DNA of 49,239 nucleotides from contig NIVC01001198.1 of assembly GCA_002269645.1 (NCBI GenBank), forward strand, positions 1 through 49,239, in the 5' to 3' direction. Origin of the DNA: Macrostomum lignano. Its lineage: Eukaryota. The position numbers and the translations under genes are program-made. Below the pieces are notes generated by a model. The model searched no databases. It saw nothing but the letters and a program-made list of their open reading frames with translations, and was not told where the DNA came from. Below are positions 1 through 12,311 of the stretch, piece by piece; position 1 is the first letter of the stretch; each line of letters starts with the position of its first letter.

Positions 1-60
1 AGTACTGGCTCCCCTGCCTTGGTCCAGTCAACTGATGGCACTTCATCTCGCTTGGAAATG

Positions 61-169
61 AGAGAGAGAGAGAGAGAGAGAGAAGAGCAGACTGCCAGAC
101 AGACGGAGAGAAAGCAATTTGCTAGTTCAAACTTGAAAGGCCAGTCCAAGGAGTACCAAGAGAGAGAAG

Positions 170-252
<83 letters not shown>

Positions 253-274
253 GAGAGAGAGAGAAGGAGAGAGA

Positions 275-306
<32 letters not shown>
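61..306. repeat. (GA)n microsatellite, interrupted
   Basis: Visible GAGAGA runs at about 61-82 and 161-306; they generate the RE/SL artefact ORFs. Confidence 0.95.
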
Positions 307-308
<2 letters not shown>

Positions 309-1039
309 CAGAATCTGAAAATGGAACTTTGCCTATTTGCACACAAAATCCCTTGGCAATGTTCTCAATAAATTCATGGCTAAACAGTTCTCTAAAGTCC
401 AGATTTCTAGTCTGCAGTGTCCATGGCCAGACAGAGACTATAGCGGGGCTGATGACTGTACTGGATAATACTGACTGCCTGGCTGCTAAATCGAGCGCGA
501 CTCGTTGAGGCGTAACGACTGAACTGCACTGCACTCTTCGTAATTACGTATCGACCGAATCGCCCAATAATATAAGCTAGTACAAATGCTGTGTAGTGTA
601 TATTTACAGTCTGAATAATCTGAAATTACCGCACCAGAGGTCCCTACTGGCGCCAGAAAATTGTCTGTGACTACTAAAATCCAAAGCAGTGGACAGGGCA
701 GCTCAGCGTCTTGACTCTCGCGTCACGACCCCCCCGTTCGGCCGCATTCATTTATGGCTTGTGTGCAGGGGGTTGGCGATTCACAGCAATGAATCGCCAA
801 CCCCCAAGGCACAGAGTGTACATGCCTGATGATTAGAAAGCCAGGGCCGTTGTACCTCTTGTGACGCAATTCACGGCACGTCTTAACTTTCCTGATAGGC
901 TGCCTGAGCAAGACCGCTGACTGAGTACGCAACGCAAATTACGTACGCAAGCGCACACTCACGAGCACTTCTTCATCGTCAAAAATAAATAATTAATTGA
1001 TTGCAGCTGCATCAACTGGGCTAGATGTGCAACCTTCGA

Positions 1040-1266
1040 GCTATTGCGCGGCGCATTTGAAGGCTGCGTACGACTGTTCAGTCTAAGGATTTGGGGACAC
1101 CCTTAATTATCCCAGCTAATGCTGGCACCCATTTTACAGCTGGGTGAACTGAAGCAATGCAGAGTTAAGTGTCTTGCTCAAGGACACAAACTGTTCCGAG
1201 TGGGTCGAGAATCGAACCCCCGACCTTTCAGTCGTGAGTCCGACGCTCTAGCCACTAGGCTACAAC
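1040..1266 (-). mobile_element. tRNA-derived SINE with CORE/V/Meta-like central domain
   Basis: The minus strand reads GTAGCCTAGTGG (A box, 1252-1263), then GGTTCGATTC (B box, 1209-1218), then TGTGTCCTTGAGCAAGACACTTAAC...CCCAGCTGTAAAATGGGT, which resembles the conserved CORE-type SINE domain. The 3' boundary is approximate. Confidence 0.8.
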
Positions 1267-2400
1267 CCCCTCATCGTCAGGCAATGTCCACAGAGTTGGC
1301 CCTAACAAGCATGAGTATAGCATAGCAGAAGCTTTCAGCGTGAAACCCAGCATTCATGAGGTGACACCGCGGACTCGAAGCTATGATGCCTGTTACGAGG
1401 ATCTCACGCGTTACAGCTCCACCGCTTGTCATTCCCTGGATCAATCATTCATCTACCGTCGTCTTCGCTTGGGTGCCAACCAATAGGGATAATATAGCTT
1501 TGTCAACATGCGTTAAGTAAGGAAAAACTCCCCGAGTCTTGACACTCCCCCCCCCCTAGATCGTACACTCAGCTTTCCTCAACCTATCCTATCAACATGC
1601 TTCGCTGCCTCTCCAGCCCCCCGTGACCCCGCTCTGATCAATAAATAGCTCAGAAGTTCATGGGTTTGAGAGCGCATAAAAAAAGAGAAAGCCACACTGC
1701 AAAGGCGTCTCTCCCCCCCCCCTAAGCCTTTGCCATTTCATTCTCACTGGCTTCGCCGTCTTCCGCTTTGGCAATCGGCGGCAGCGTCATTGACAGAGAG
1801 TTTGTGCGCCATCGAATGCGGCAGGGTGTGCCCTGGCTACTCTGCTCCCCGCTACCCCGCTCTCCCCATCCCTCCTGCCTCACCATCGCTGTTAAAAGTA
1901 CACAGGACACAGGGGGGGGGATAAAGTGGTTTGACCATTCACCTTACGAAAAGAGCATGATTGAGATAGAAGTGATGACGAATGACGACGGGAATAAACT
2001 TACTGCATCGCTTGCTCCCAAAAAGCCTAAAAGTTAGCCCCCCCCCCCTCAAAATTGGAGCCATATTGCAGATTCCAATTTTCTATTTATCTCTACCGAA
2101 AATGCTTCCAAGCTGCATCTAGCAGCCTAATCCCACAGGCTGATTGCTCGCATTTAGTGGATCAGATGAAGAAGCGCAGGCAGCTGCGAAGGGATGTGCG
2201 CGCGACAGCTATCAGCTCAAGATGCCACTTCTTGCCATCCTATGGGGAGCTGCCAGTGCATCCCTGTTCCTTCCTGTCATCGGCTTCTTGCTCGCGCCTC
2301 GCCCCAGCCTCGCCCTCGGCCAGAAAGAAGGGCTATGAGAGATGGCCACTAGGAGAGGGGGAGGGGCATGGCTGCTCCAGACCGCCCAGGCCTCTGTCAC

Positions 2401-2407
2401 TATAAAA
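2401..2407 (+). promoter_or_regulatory. possible TATA box upstream of the large N-terminal unc-13 exon
   Basis: TATAAAA about 585 nt upstream of ATG 2986; motif match only. Confidence 0.25.
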
Positions 2408-2985
2408 CCACGCCAGCACACGGCACTGGTGGCAGCAGTTATCATCTCTCTCTCCCTGTCTCTTTCGCCAGCCTCAAGACAAACCGTCCCTCTGAATTAT
2501 CGGCAACTGCTGAGAGTAAAACTGCTTCAGCACTAAGCTGTGGACTATAGTTTCCTTTGTCCTCTACCGCCTGCTGGTTGAGACGACTTTGGAAGACTCA
2601 CCGCTAAAAACTGAGACAGAGAAAAGCCAAGGAAGGAGGCTGAGGGACAGAGTGGAGGAACACCGGTTGAAGACCTTTCTCCCTGTCTCTTTCTCAAGGC
2701 CGGCCTAAAAGTTTTCTTCCCAAGTCATCCGACCTCGCTGAGCTTCCTATACTTTTCTATTCCGCCTCCCTATACTCCCCAAGGCTCTCCTTCTGTCTCC
2801 GTTTTCTCGCCAACCAGCGCTCTCGCACACTCGGGAGGGAATTAGTGCGGCACCCTCCCCCCAGCCCCGTGCCTCGTCCTCACACACACACGCGCGCGCC
2901 CTACTGGTGGAGAGGGACTTTTTCTCGCGCGCCAAACAAAGAGAGAGAGAGGCAGAGATAGCAGCAGCGGCAGCCAGAAGGCCGC

Positions 2986-5820
2986 ATGGGAATCGGCCCC
3001 AGCTCACTGTGCCCACCGTTGCATCCGTCAGCGCCGCCCCAATCGAGCTTAACCTTCGCCCTGAGGCCAGGCCGCCCAGGCAGCAGCAGCAGCAGCAGCA
3101 GCAGCAGCTCAAACTGCTCAGCCAATAGTGATCCAGCTGCCGACTTCTCGGCCGCCACCCCAGCAGTCGGCCGCCCCAACGCCGCCGGCGATTCTCAAAC
3201 CTATACAAGCAGCCGAGCCCGGATGACCGCAGCCAGCAACAGTGCCAGGCTGAGGCCGCTAAATCGACAACGCGCGGTGCAACATCAGAATGAAGCGGAC
3301 AGCCTCCGCTGGTGGCAGCCGCCGCCACCGCCGTCGCCGCCGCAGCTGTTATCAAACGAAATCGTCCAGCAACCAAAACTATCAGCTAGGCTAATTATCA
3401 GCAACTGCTGCGCTGATAGTCAAATGTCGTCCATTCACCTGCGCAATCACCCGCTCAGCCCGCGGCCGTCGCGCTCCCCCAGCCCGGACCTCATGCCCGG
3501 CTACACACCGCCGCTGCCTGCGCCTGCCGCCGGTCTCTCCTGGACAGCCAGCTCGAATCCCGGCGGCAGCAGCACCAACCCCTACCTGGCCAGGTCTCGC
3601 TACCTGACCGCCGCTGCCAACTCCGACCTGCACGGCCCGCTGACTGTCGACACGCGGCACCAGCCGCCTCATCCGCTGTTCCACCAGCCCGAGGCCTCCG
3701 TCAAGCGGGACAAATTCGCCAATGCCGGCTACTCTTCTGGCTACTATTCGAACTCGAATGCCGCCATCGACAATAATAGCAGCTTTCAGCTGATGCCGAT
3801 GGAGTCGGCCACCTCCTTCGAGTCCGGAGACGATGCCGAATCTATCGAGGCTGAGTTGCTTCAGCATCACCGCGGAGCTCAGCAGAGGCAACACTGCCCC
3901 CGGCACGGCGGCCCCACCGATCCCATGGACCCCTTCGGCCAGTTCGCCGACTGCGTATGCCCGCACCCGCGCTACGCCGGTCCAGCAGCCGCCCGCATCA
4001 ACAGCGACTTTGACGAATCGGACGGCAACGCCGGCGAGGAGGACGCAATGGCGATGGCGGCCGCGCTTCGGCCCCCGACTGTTCGGGTCTTCTTCGACCC
4101 GAACTGGGAGTCCGCCAGGGAGACCGACATCCTCGGCGGCGTCGGCTGCAGCGGCGCCGGTATCGACTTACCGGACGCCGATTCTAGTAGCAACTTGGCG
4201 GCCCTGGCCGATTTCCAGCGTCGCTATCCGGTTCACCTGGACGACAAGGACGAGCGCAACACCTGGTCGTCTTCGTCGACAGCGACTTCGTCGGCTTCGT
4301 CCTCACCGACAACTCTGCTGGGCAGGAGCAGCTCCGCCTACTTGCGCGTCGGCGCCCCGTTTACCATGCGCGGCGCCTCCGATCGGGATAGAAGCGTCGA
4401 GGACGTCACTAAACTGGACGACATCGACGTGCGCTCGATCAAATCCTCGCATTCGCAGGACTGCATCACCTGCGAGATCCTGGCATCTGCTGTGCCACAT
4501 GACGTCGACTCGACGACTGCTAAACTGAGCGAAGCGCCAAACGGAAGCGGCGCGCCGCCAGGGACCTACGGCGCCGGGGCCGAGGAGCGGCGCAGCCAAG
4601 GTCTGGAAGTGTCTGTTACCGAATGCCCAAACGATCGACTTTCACCGTACGACAATCTGGATAATATCATCCGCGAGGAGGATGAGGAACTGGTGTCCTC
4701 TCCAGACTCCGTGCCCAGCGTGATCAACAGTCAACAGGCTGCGGCGGCGGATTCTCGTCACGGAGAACTCGCCAAATTCAGCAGCAAGTCGAGGCTGCCG
4801 CCGACCGGAGCGATCTCCGTGGCCGCCACCGTGCATCGTCGGCCGCCGGACGCTACGACCCAGCCTGCGGTTTCGACATCGGCAACGGCAGGTTTTTCAG
4901 CGGCGTTGCCAGTTTCATCTTCGATGGCAACACAGCCAGCACCGTCTCCAATGGCAACACAGCCAGCGGCGTCTTCAATGGCAACACAGCCAGCGGCGTC
5001 TCCGATGGCAACACAGCCAGCACCATCTCCAACGGCAACACAGCCAGCACCGTCTCCGATGGCATTACAGCCAGCGGCGTCTCCAATGGCAACACAGCCA
5101 GCGGCGTCTCCAATGGCAACACAGCCAGCACCGTCTCCGATGGCAACACAGCCAGCGGAAACAGTGCCACCAGCGCAGCCCCCAACACCATCGAAGCCTC
5201 CACCGCCGCGTCCACCTCCACCACAGCGGGCGACTCCAAACAGGCAGCAAGCGCAGCCGCAGCCGCAGCCTCTACTAACTCCGTCATCAGCCGCTGAATC
5301 TAACCAGCCAATGCAGCCGCCGCGGTCTCAGGGACGAGCGCCGCATCTGTCGAACTCGCAGCAAACCGACGCCTCGCCGGTCGGTCCGGCAAGCGGCGAG
5401 CCGGCTACTGCAGCCGGCAAGAAGGACAGCCTCGAGTGCGGCGCATCGTCGGGCTACGCGTCCTACGAGAGCCGCTCCAGCGAGCGCCTGGTGGACCGAA
5501 TGGACCATCAGCAGCAGCAGCGCCGACCGTCAGAGGGTCCCGAGGCCTCGACGGAGCTCGCGGAGGACGCGGACAGTCAAGCAGCCGCCGCAGCCGCAAA
5601 CGCCGCCGGCCAGAGTGGCAACAAATTCGCCGGCTTCGTTCGCTCGCATTTCGTCAAATTGATGTCGTTCGAATCGGAGGACGGCGCGGGCGCGGCGCCA
5701 ACGGCGGCAGCGGCGGCCAATTCCGCGGCGTCGGACGCTCCCGGAGCCGCGCTAGGCGCAGGTGCGGGCTTTCGGCGCCAGCTGCTCAGGAACGCCGCCT
5801 CGTCTGAGTCCTCTGGACGC
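2986..5820 (+). CDS. unc-13: giant N-terminal exon of unc-13 (945 codons, intrinsically disordered S/P/A/Q-rich region)
   Basis: 983-codon ORF in GC-rich sequence. A strong donor C|GTAAGC at 5821 gives phase 0, matching the phase-0 acceptor at 15244. Linkage to unc-13 is inferred from phase and position, not homology. Confidence 0.55.
4924..5160 (+). repeat. coding 27-bp tandem repeat (MATQPA[P/A]SP, about 9 copies)
   Basis: In-frame 9-aa repeats within the large ORF. Confidence 0.9.
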
Positions 5821-6627
5821 GTAAGCCTCGCTAATTCTCCTCGCGCCGCCCCTTCTTCCCCCTCGATAAAGAAATTGCCTCAAGGCCCGCTGCTGGTCTA
5901 CCGTGGGGAGCTCCCGAGGCAGCGCAAACAGCCCTAGGGAGTTGGCCGGGACGGGACCGAGTCGCGGAGAGGGTCGGGGGAGAGAAGTGCGCTCGCTTGG
6001 CCAGTTAGGCCGAAACAGGGAGGCGAGGTTTTCAGTTTCCAGCTAGGGGGCTTCTAGTTAGCCTTCCCTGGTCAACCCCCACCGCCGAGCTTTGAACAGT
6101 CGATCGCCCACTCTGATGGCGCCTCGTCAATTTATCATCCAACACGCTGAGCTCACTCTCGCACTGTCTCGCCCACGCCTTCGTCAAGTGCCGCGTCCAG
6201 TTCGCACCAGCAGCAGCACCACTACCATTGAGCTGGCTCTTCTTCCTTTTTCGGCTTCTCTCCCCCGACCCCCGACTCGTCCTTCAATTCCCAATTTCAG
6301 CGATAATAGAAGCATAGCGCCAGACACAAACAGGGCTTATTTGAGCGTGTATAATGGCTAGATTAGGCCGGCTGAGACAGCGAAGGAATTGGAAAAGCCC
6401 CGATGGGGATAGGGGAGAGAACGGGAGTTGAGGAGTTGAGTGTCTCGTATGAATTTTAGGCTGGCTCCCAGCGTGTCCATCAGACTGAGAGTCCTGGGTG
6501 GCCTAGGCGTCGGCAAAGGGTGTGCTTCTTCACCCCGAATAACCCTTACTAGCTAAGAGTTGAATAGTGCAGAGAGAGCTTCAGAAAGACTGGGAGAAAA
6601 GTACCAGTATGTTTTTGTGTGGGGTCA

Positions 6628-8460
6628 TTGTTGGATAGACTCACTGCTGGGTAGTCTCATTGTTGAGTAGTCTCATTGTTGGGTAGGCTCATTGTTGGGT
6701 AGCCTCATTGTTGGATAGACTCATTGTTGGGTAGCCTCATTGTTGGATAGACTCATTGTTGGGTAGCCTCATTGTTGGATAGACTCATTGTTGGGTAGAC
6801 TCATTATTGGGTAGGCTCATTGTTGGATAGACTCATTGTTGGGTAGACTCATTATTGGTAGACTCAATATTGGTAGACTCAATATTGGTAGACTCATTAT
6901 TGGTAGACTCATTATTGGTAGACTCATTATTGGTAGACTCATTATTGGTAGACTCATTATTGGTAGACTCATTATTGGTAGACTCAATATTGGTAGACTC
7001 AATATTGGTAGACTCATTATTGGTAGACTCATTATTGGTAGACTCATTATTGGTAGACTCATTATTGGTAGACTCATTATTGGTAGACTCAATATTGGTA
7101 GACTCAATATTGGTAGACTCATTATTGGTAGACTCATTATTGGTAGACTCATTATTGGGTAGACTCATTGTTGGGTAGACTCATTGTTGGGTAGACTCAT
7201 TGTTGGGTAGACTCATTGTTGGGTAGACTCATTGTTGGGTAGACTCATATTGTTGGGTAGACTCATTGTTGGGTAGACTCATTTTTGAGTAGACTCAATG
7301 TCGGGTAGACTCAATGTTGGATAGATTCATAGTTGGGTAGTCTCATTGTTGGGTAGACTCATAGTTGGATAGACTCATAGTTGGATAGACTCATAGTTGG
7401 ATAGACTCATAGTTGGATAGACTCATAGTTGGATAGACTCATAGTTGGATAGACTCATAGTTGGATAGACTCATAGTTGGATAGACTCATAGTTGGATAG
7501 ACTCATAGTTGGATAGACTCATAGTTGGATAGACTCATAGTTGGATAGACTCATAGTTGGATAGACTCATAGTTGGATAGACTCATAGTTGGATAGACTC
7601 ATAGTTGGATAGACTCATAGTTGGATAGACTCATAGTTGGATAGACTCATAGTTGGATAGACTCATAGTTGGATAGACTCATAGTTGGATAGACTCATAG
7701 TTGGATAGACTCATAGTTGGATAGACTCATAGTTGGATAGACTCATAGTTGGATAGACTCATAGTTGGATAGACTCATAGTTGGATAGACTCATAGTTGG
7801 ATAGACTCATAGTTGGATAGACTCATAGTTGGATAGACTCATAGTTGGATAGACTCATAGTTGGATAGACTCATAGTTGGATAGACTCATAGTTGGATAG
7901 ACTCATAGTTGGATAGACTCATAGTTGGATAGACTCATAGTTGGATAGACTCATAGTTGGATAGACTCATAGTTGGATAGACTCATAGTTGGATAGACTC
8001 ATAGTTGGATAGACTCATAGTTGGATAGACTCATAGTTGGATAGACTCATAGTTGGATAGACTCATAGTTGGATAGACTCATAGTTGGATAGACTCATAG
8101 TTGGATAGACTCATAGTTGGATAGACTCATAGTTGGATAGACTCATTATTGGTAGACTCATTATTGGATAGACTCATAGTTGGATAGACTCATAGTTGGA
8201 TAGACTCATAGTTGGATAGACTCATAGTTGGATAGACTCATAGTTGGATAGACTCATAGTTGGATAGACTCATAGTTGGATAGACTCATAGTTGGATAGA
8301 CTCATAGTTGGATAGACTCATAGTTGGATAGACTCATAGTTGGATAGACTCTTAGTTGGATAGACTCATCATTGGTAGACTCATTATTGGATAGACTCAT
8401 TATTGGTAGACTCAAGTTGGATGGACTCAATTTCGGGTAGACTCAATGTTGGATAGACTG
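6628..8460. repeat. 15/16-bp minisatellite (TAGACTCATAGTTGGA and variants)
   Basis: More than 100 tandem units; homogeneous 16-mer core at about 7360-8360 and a 15-mer block at about 6850-7155. Confidence 0.95.
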
Positions 8461-9084
8461 ACTCGCTGTTGGATAGGTACAAGTCATATTGATTGTTGGC
8501 TTATGCTGACTGTTAAGTGTACTCAAATAACATTGAACAGACACACAGAAAATAAGTAAAACAGGCCTAAAAAAGCAGTTGGTATTAGTTAATATAGAAG
8601 CTGGGGGAGGAAATCTTTAATCTACAGTTACCAATATTGCAATCTTTTTCTCTTCTTGCACTCCTCTTGCCTCGTGCCCAGGTGAGTGGCAGTGCAGGAC
8701 AGAGATAACTCACTAAGATTTCGCTATATTAAGATCGGATTTATGGGAACTTTATCACAAATTCCTTCGCTTATGTCTGCTGTCACGTCTGCACACCTGA
8801 TTCTAAAGTTAGTGAGGCCCGATTTACAGTCAACTTGTCATAAAATAAGAATCTCGCTAATCCTCTCTGATGAAAGTTGCTTGCATATATGGTAAGGGAA
8901 AAAGGATTTTAGGGATTTAAACAAAATGCGTGGGAGGGAAAAACAGTATGCGACTTAGTTTTGGAAATTGACACAAAGACGATTTAAGTATCCTTTTATC
9001 GACTTTGTTCTTAAATTGGCATTGAGGGAAGTTCATGACTGCTAGGCCGACAATGTTGTCTGCCGGTGAGGGGCTGATAAATGA

Positions 9085-9386
9085 CTGGTAGGAGCTAATG
9101 AAGGACTAGTAGGAGCTAATGAAGGACTGGTTTGAGCTAATGATAATTAAGGACCGGTAGGAGCTAATTAAGGACCGGTAGGAGCTATTTGAGGCCCGGT
9201 AGGAACTAACTAAAGACCGGTAGGAGCTAATTAAAGACCGGTAGGAGCTAATGAAGGACCGGTAGGAGCTAATTAAGGACCGGTAGGAGCTAATGAAGGA
9301 CCGGTAGGAGCTAATTAAGGACCGGTAGGAGCTAATTAAGGACCGGTAGGAGCTAATTAAGGACCGGTAGGAGCTAATTAAGGCCC
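9085..9386. repeat. 21-bp minisatellite GGACCGGTAGGAGCTAATTAA
   Basis: About 14 tandem units; same family as 12312-13370. Confidence 0.9.
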
Positions 9387-9879
9387 GGTGTGTCTGTGAG
9401 GGTTTTTCGCCGATTTGGCCTACTACGCGCCAAAATCCATAAAAACAAAAACATCAAAGCCCGGTATATTTAGTTTTTTTATTACTCTAGATTTTTTCAG
9501 TCATCTTGGCTTTTTTGGTTGTTTCAGAAAAACTTGCAGCCAGCCTCGTGTTGCTTGTGCATTTGCAAATAATCTAAATGGCTTTCAGTGGGTTGTTATT
9601 CTGCTACATCAATATTGCAGCATCTCTCTTTGCAGTTGTGCCTCCCCTTCTCATGTTTCTGGGAGGGATTTTTCCCAGCCGTCCTTCCAGTTCATCCTCC
9701 ATTTGCCTTCAAGGAAGCTGTGGGTTGCAGCAAAAAAAGAAGAAAAAAGCTGAAGTTGTTGTTAGTCACAGAAACCGCCACCTCTCTATTGGTGGAGGAG
9801 CTTCCTAATGAAAATTTAAAGAAATTTCTATGAAAACTTCTTGCAAAGAACTGCTTGCAAAGAAGAAACGTGACAAAGA

Positions 9880-10570
9880 GAAGGAAAGGGAGAGAGGAAG
9901 AGGAGAGGGAGACAAGGCGAGAGGGAGAGGAGGAGAGGGAGAGTAGGTGAGAGGGAGAGGAGGAGAGGGAGAGAAGGTGAGAGGGAGAGGAGGAGAGGGA
10001 GAGAAGGAGAGGGAGAGAAGGTGAGAGGGAGAGGAGAGGGAGAGAAGGAGAGGGAGAGAAGGTGAGGGAGAGAAGGCGAGGGAGAGAAGGTGAGAGGGAG
10101 AGGAGAGGGAGAGGAGGGGGAGAAGAGAGGGAGAGAAGATGGAGAGGAGAGAGAGAGAAGGTGACGGAGAGGAGGAGAGGAGGAGACGGAGAGGAAGAGA
10201 GGGAGAGAAGGTGAGAGGGAGAGAATGTAAGAGGGACAGGAGGAGAGGGAGAGAAGGAGAGGTAGAGAAGGTGAGAGGAGAAGGAGAGAAGCGGAAGGAG
10301 AGAAGCTGAGGGAGACTTGAGGGAGAGTTGAGGAAGAGGAGGAGAGGGAGAGATGGAGAGGTAGGGAAGGAGAGGGAGAGGAGGAGAGGGAGAGAAGGTG
10401 CGGGAGAGAAGGTGCGGGAGAGAAGGTGAGGGAGAGGAGAGAGGGGAGGAGAGAGGGAGAGAGGAGAGGGAGAGGAAAAGGGAGGAAGAGAGGAGAGGGA
10501 TGGGAGGAACAGAAGCAGAAAGAAGGCAGTCAGGGGCAGAGGGAAGGGTACGGGTGAGAGGGAGTGAGAG
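9880..10570. repeat. polypurine (GA-rich) low-complexity tract
   Basis: About 690 bp made almost entirely of G/A on the + strand. Confidence 0.9.
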
Positions 10571-11204
10571 ACCGCTAAGATCTTTCAATATAAATCAGGC
10601 TGGATCAGAGGAACTCTCCAAGCGCTCTGCTCTTTTTAATCCCAATTTTCTCCGTCATTTTTTAATCCCAGGATTAGTGGGATCAGATGGCCCTTCGTTG
10701 TAGCTGCGGAAGCAGACTAAAAGCAGATTATTGTAGAGATGCGAAAGCGATGAGGCTAAACAGCAATGAGGAAAAAACCCTCATAATCCCTGGGAAAGAT
10801 TTGAGCCCTTATTATATTGAACCCATCTATTCCTATAAAATTGAAAACTCTTATTATAAATATAAATTGAATATTTTACGCATTCCAGTTGGAGTTGTCA
10901 GCATATCTGTCAATTACTGTGAATTCCGCGATGCAAGGCTTGGAGGCCTGACCCAATATCGGTGTGATTCACTGAGGCTGAAAGAAAAAGTTCTTTTGTA
11001 TTGTTGAAGAACCGCCTCATCGGTCGCATAAGAGCGACGACTTAAAAGTTGAGTGACTTTTTCAAAGGATTAGCCACAACTGCAATTCTTAATCCGCTAG
11101 TATGTGGGTGGGATGTGGGGTTATCCTGACTGACTGAAGTCATCAAGGCACTTAAAGGACTCTGTGTCCTTTTAGGACTTGTGCTTCCGTGTTACTGATG
11201 CAGA

Positions 11205-11822
11205 TGACTTTGATGGCAGCTGACACTGACACTAAAGCAGCTGACACTTTAGGATGCTGACACTTGAAGATGCTGAAACTTAAGCAGCAGACACTTGAGG
11301 ATGCTGTCACTTGAGGATGCTGACACTTGAGGATGCTGTCACTTGAGGATGCTGTCACTTGAGGATGCTGTCACTTGAGGATGCTGTCACTTGAGGATGC
11401 TGTCACTTAGGATGCTGACACTTTAGGATGCTGACACTTTAAGATGCTGACACTTAAGCAGCTGACACTTGAGGATGCTGAAACTTCAGGATGCTGACAC
11501 TTTAGGATGCTGACACTTAGGATGCTGACACTTTAGGATGCTGACACTTTAAGATGCTGAAACTTAAGCAGCAGACACTTGAGGATGCTGACACTTCAGG
11601 ATGCTGTCACTTGAGGATACTGTCACTTGAGCAGCTGACACTTGAGAATGCTGACACTTGAGGATGCTGACACTTAGGATTCTGACACTTTAGGATGCTG
11701 ACACTTAGGATTCTGACACTTTAGGATGCTGACACTTAGGATGCTGACACTTTAGGATGCTGACACTTTAAGATGCTGACACTTAAGCAGCTGAAACCTA
11801 AATTAAGATGCTGACACTTAGG
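11205..11822. repeat. 16-bp minisatellite GATGCTGACACTTGAG
   Basis: Tandem units with 15-16 bp variants. Confidence 0.9.
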
Positions 11823-12311
11823 GATTCAATTTCAGTTTTACTGTTGCATATTCAATGAAAAGTCACTGCCAATTTCGCATTTAACAGAAAAATATTTTAT
11901 CAGTCAGCAGGCAATTGCAAATTTGATTAATATTTTTCCATTGAATATTTTTTAGGAATTATTCAATGAATATTCAATAAGTCGGGGACAGACAGTGTAG
12001 GATAAGTGCGTGCTGCTTTCATTGATGCATTGAAAAGTTCATGTCACGCAAGGTTTTTGTTTTAAATAGCTCGTAAAATAGACACGTCTTCCGGATTTAA
12101 CTTAATCTAGCTCGTACGGCAAAGAAAGGAAACTTGCTAGAAAAGCTCATTAGCCTAATTAAGTCGCTACCTACTGCACTATTCGAGAAAATGTAACTTA
12201 AGAACTATGTGCTACTATTCGAAAGATCGATTATTTGATTTCAAAATCAACTGCATGTAAAGTAATAAAGCTAGGATGAGACAGGATAAGGGTTAGTAGA
12301 TACAGAGGTAA

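Noticed and set aside
1195-1266. Functional tRNA gene
   Set aside because: The A and B boxes continue directly into a SINE core domain, and no convincing acceptor stem or terminator was seen.
2144-2338. 64-aa ORF with a hydrophobic, signal-peptide-like stretch
   Set aside because: It is short, has a TTG start in the track, and has no homology or splice support.
2747-5807. Antisense and alternate-frame ORFs over the giant exon
   Set aside because: They are expected shadows of a GC-rich coding sequence and have no independent features.
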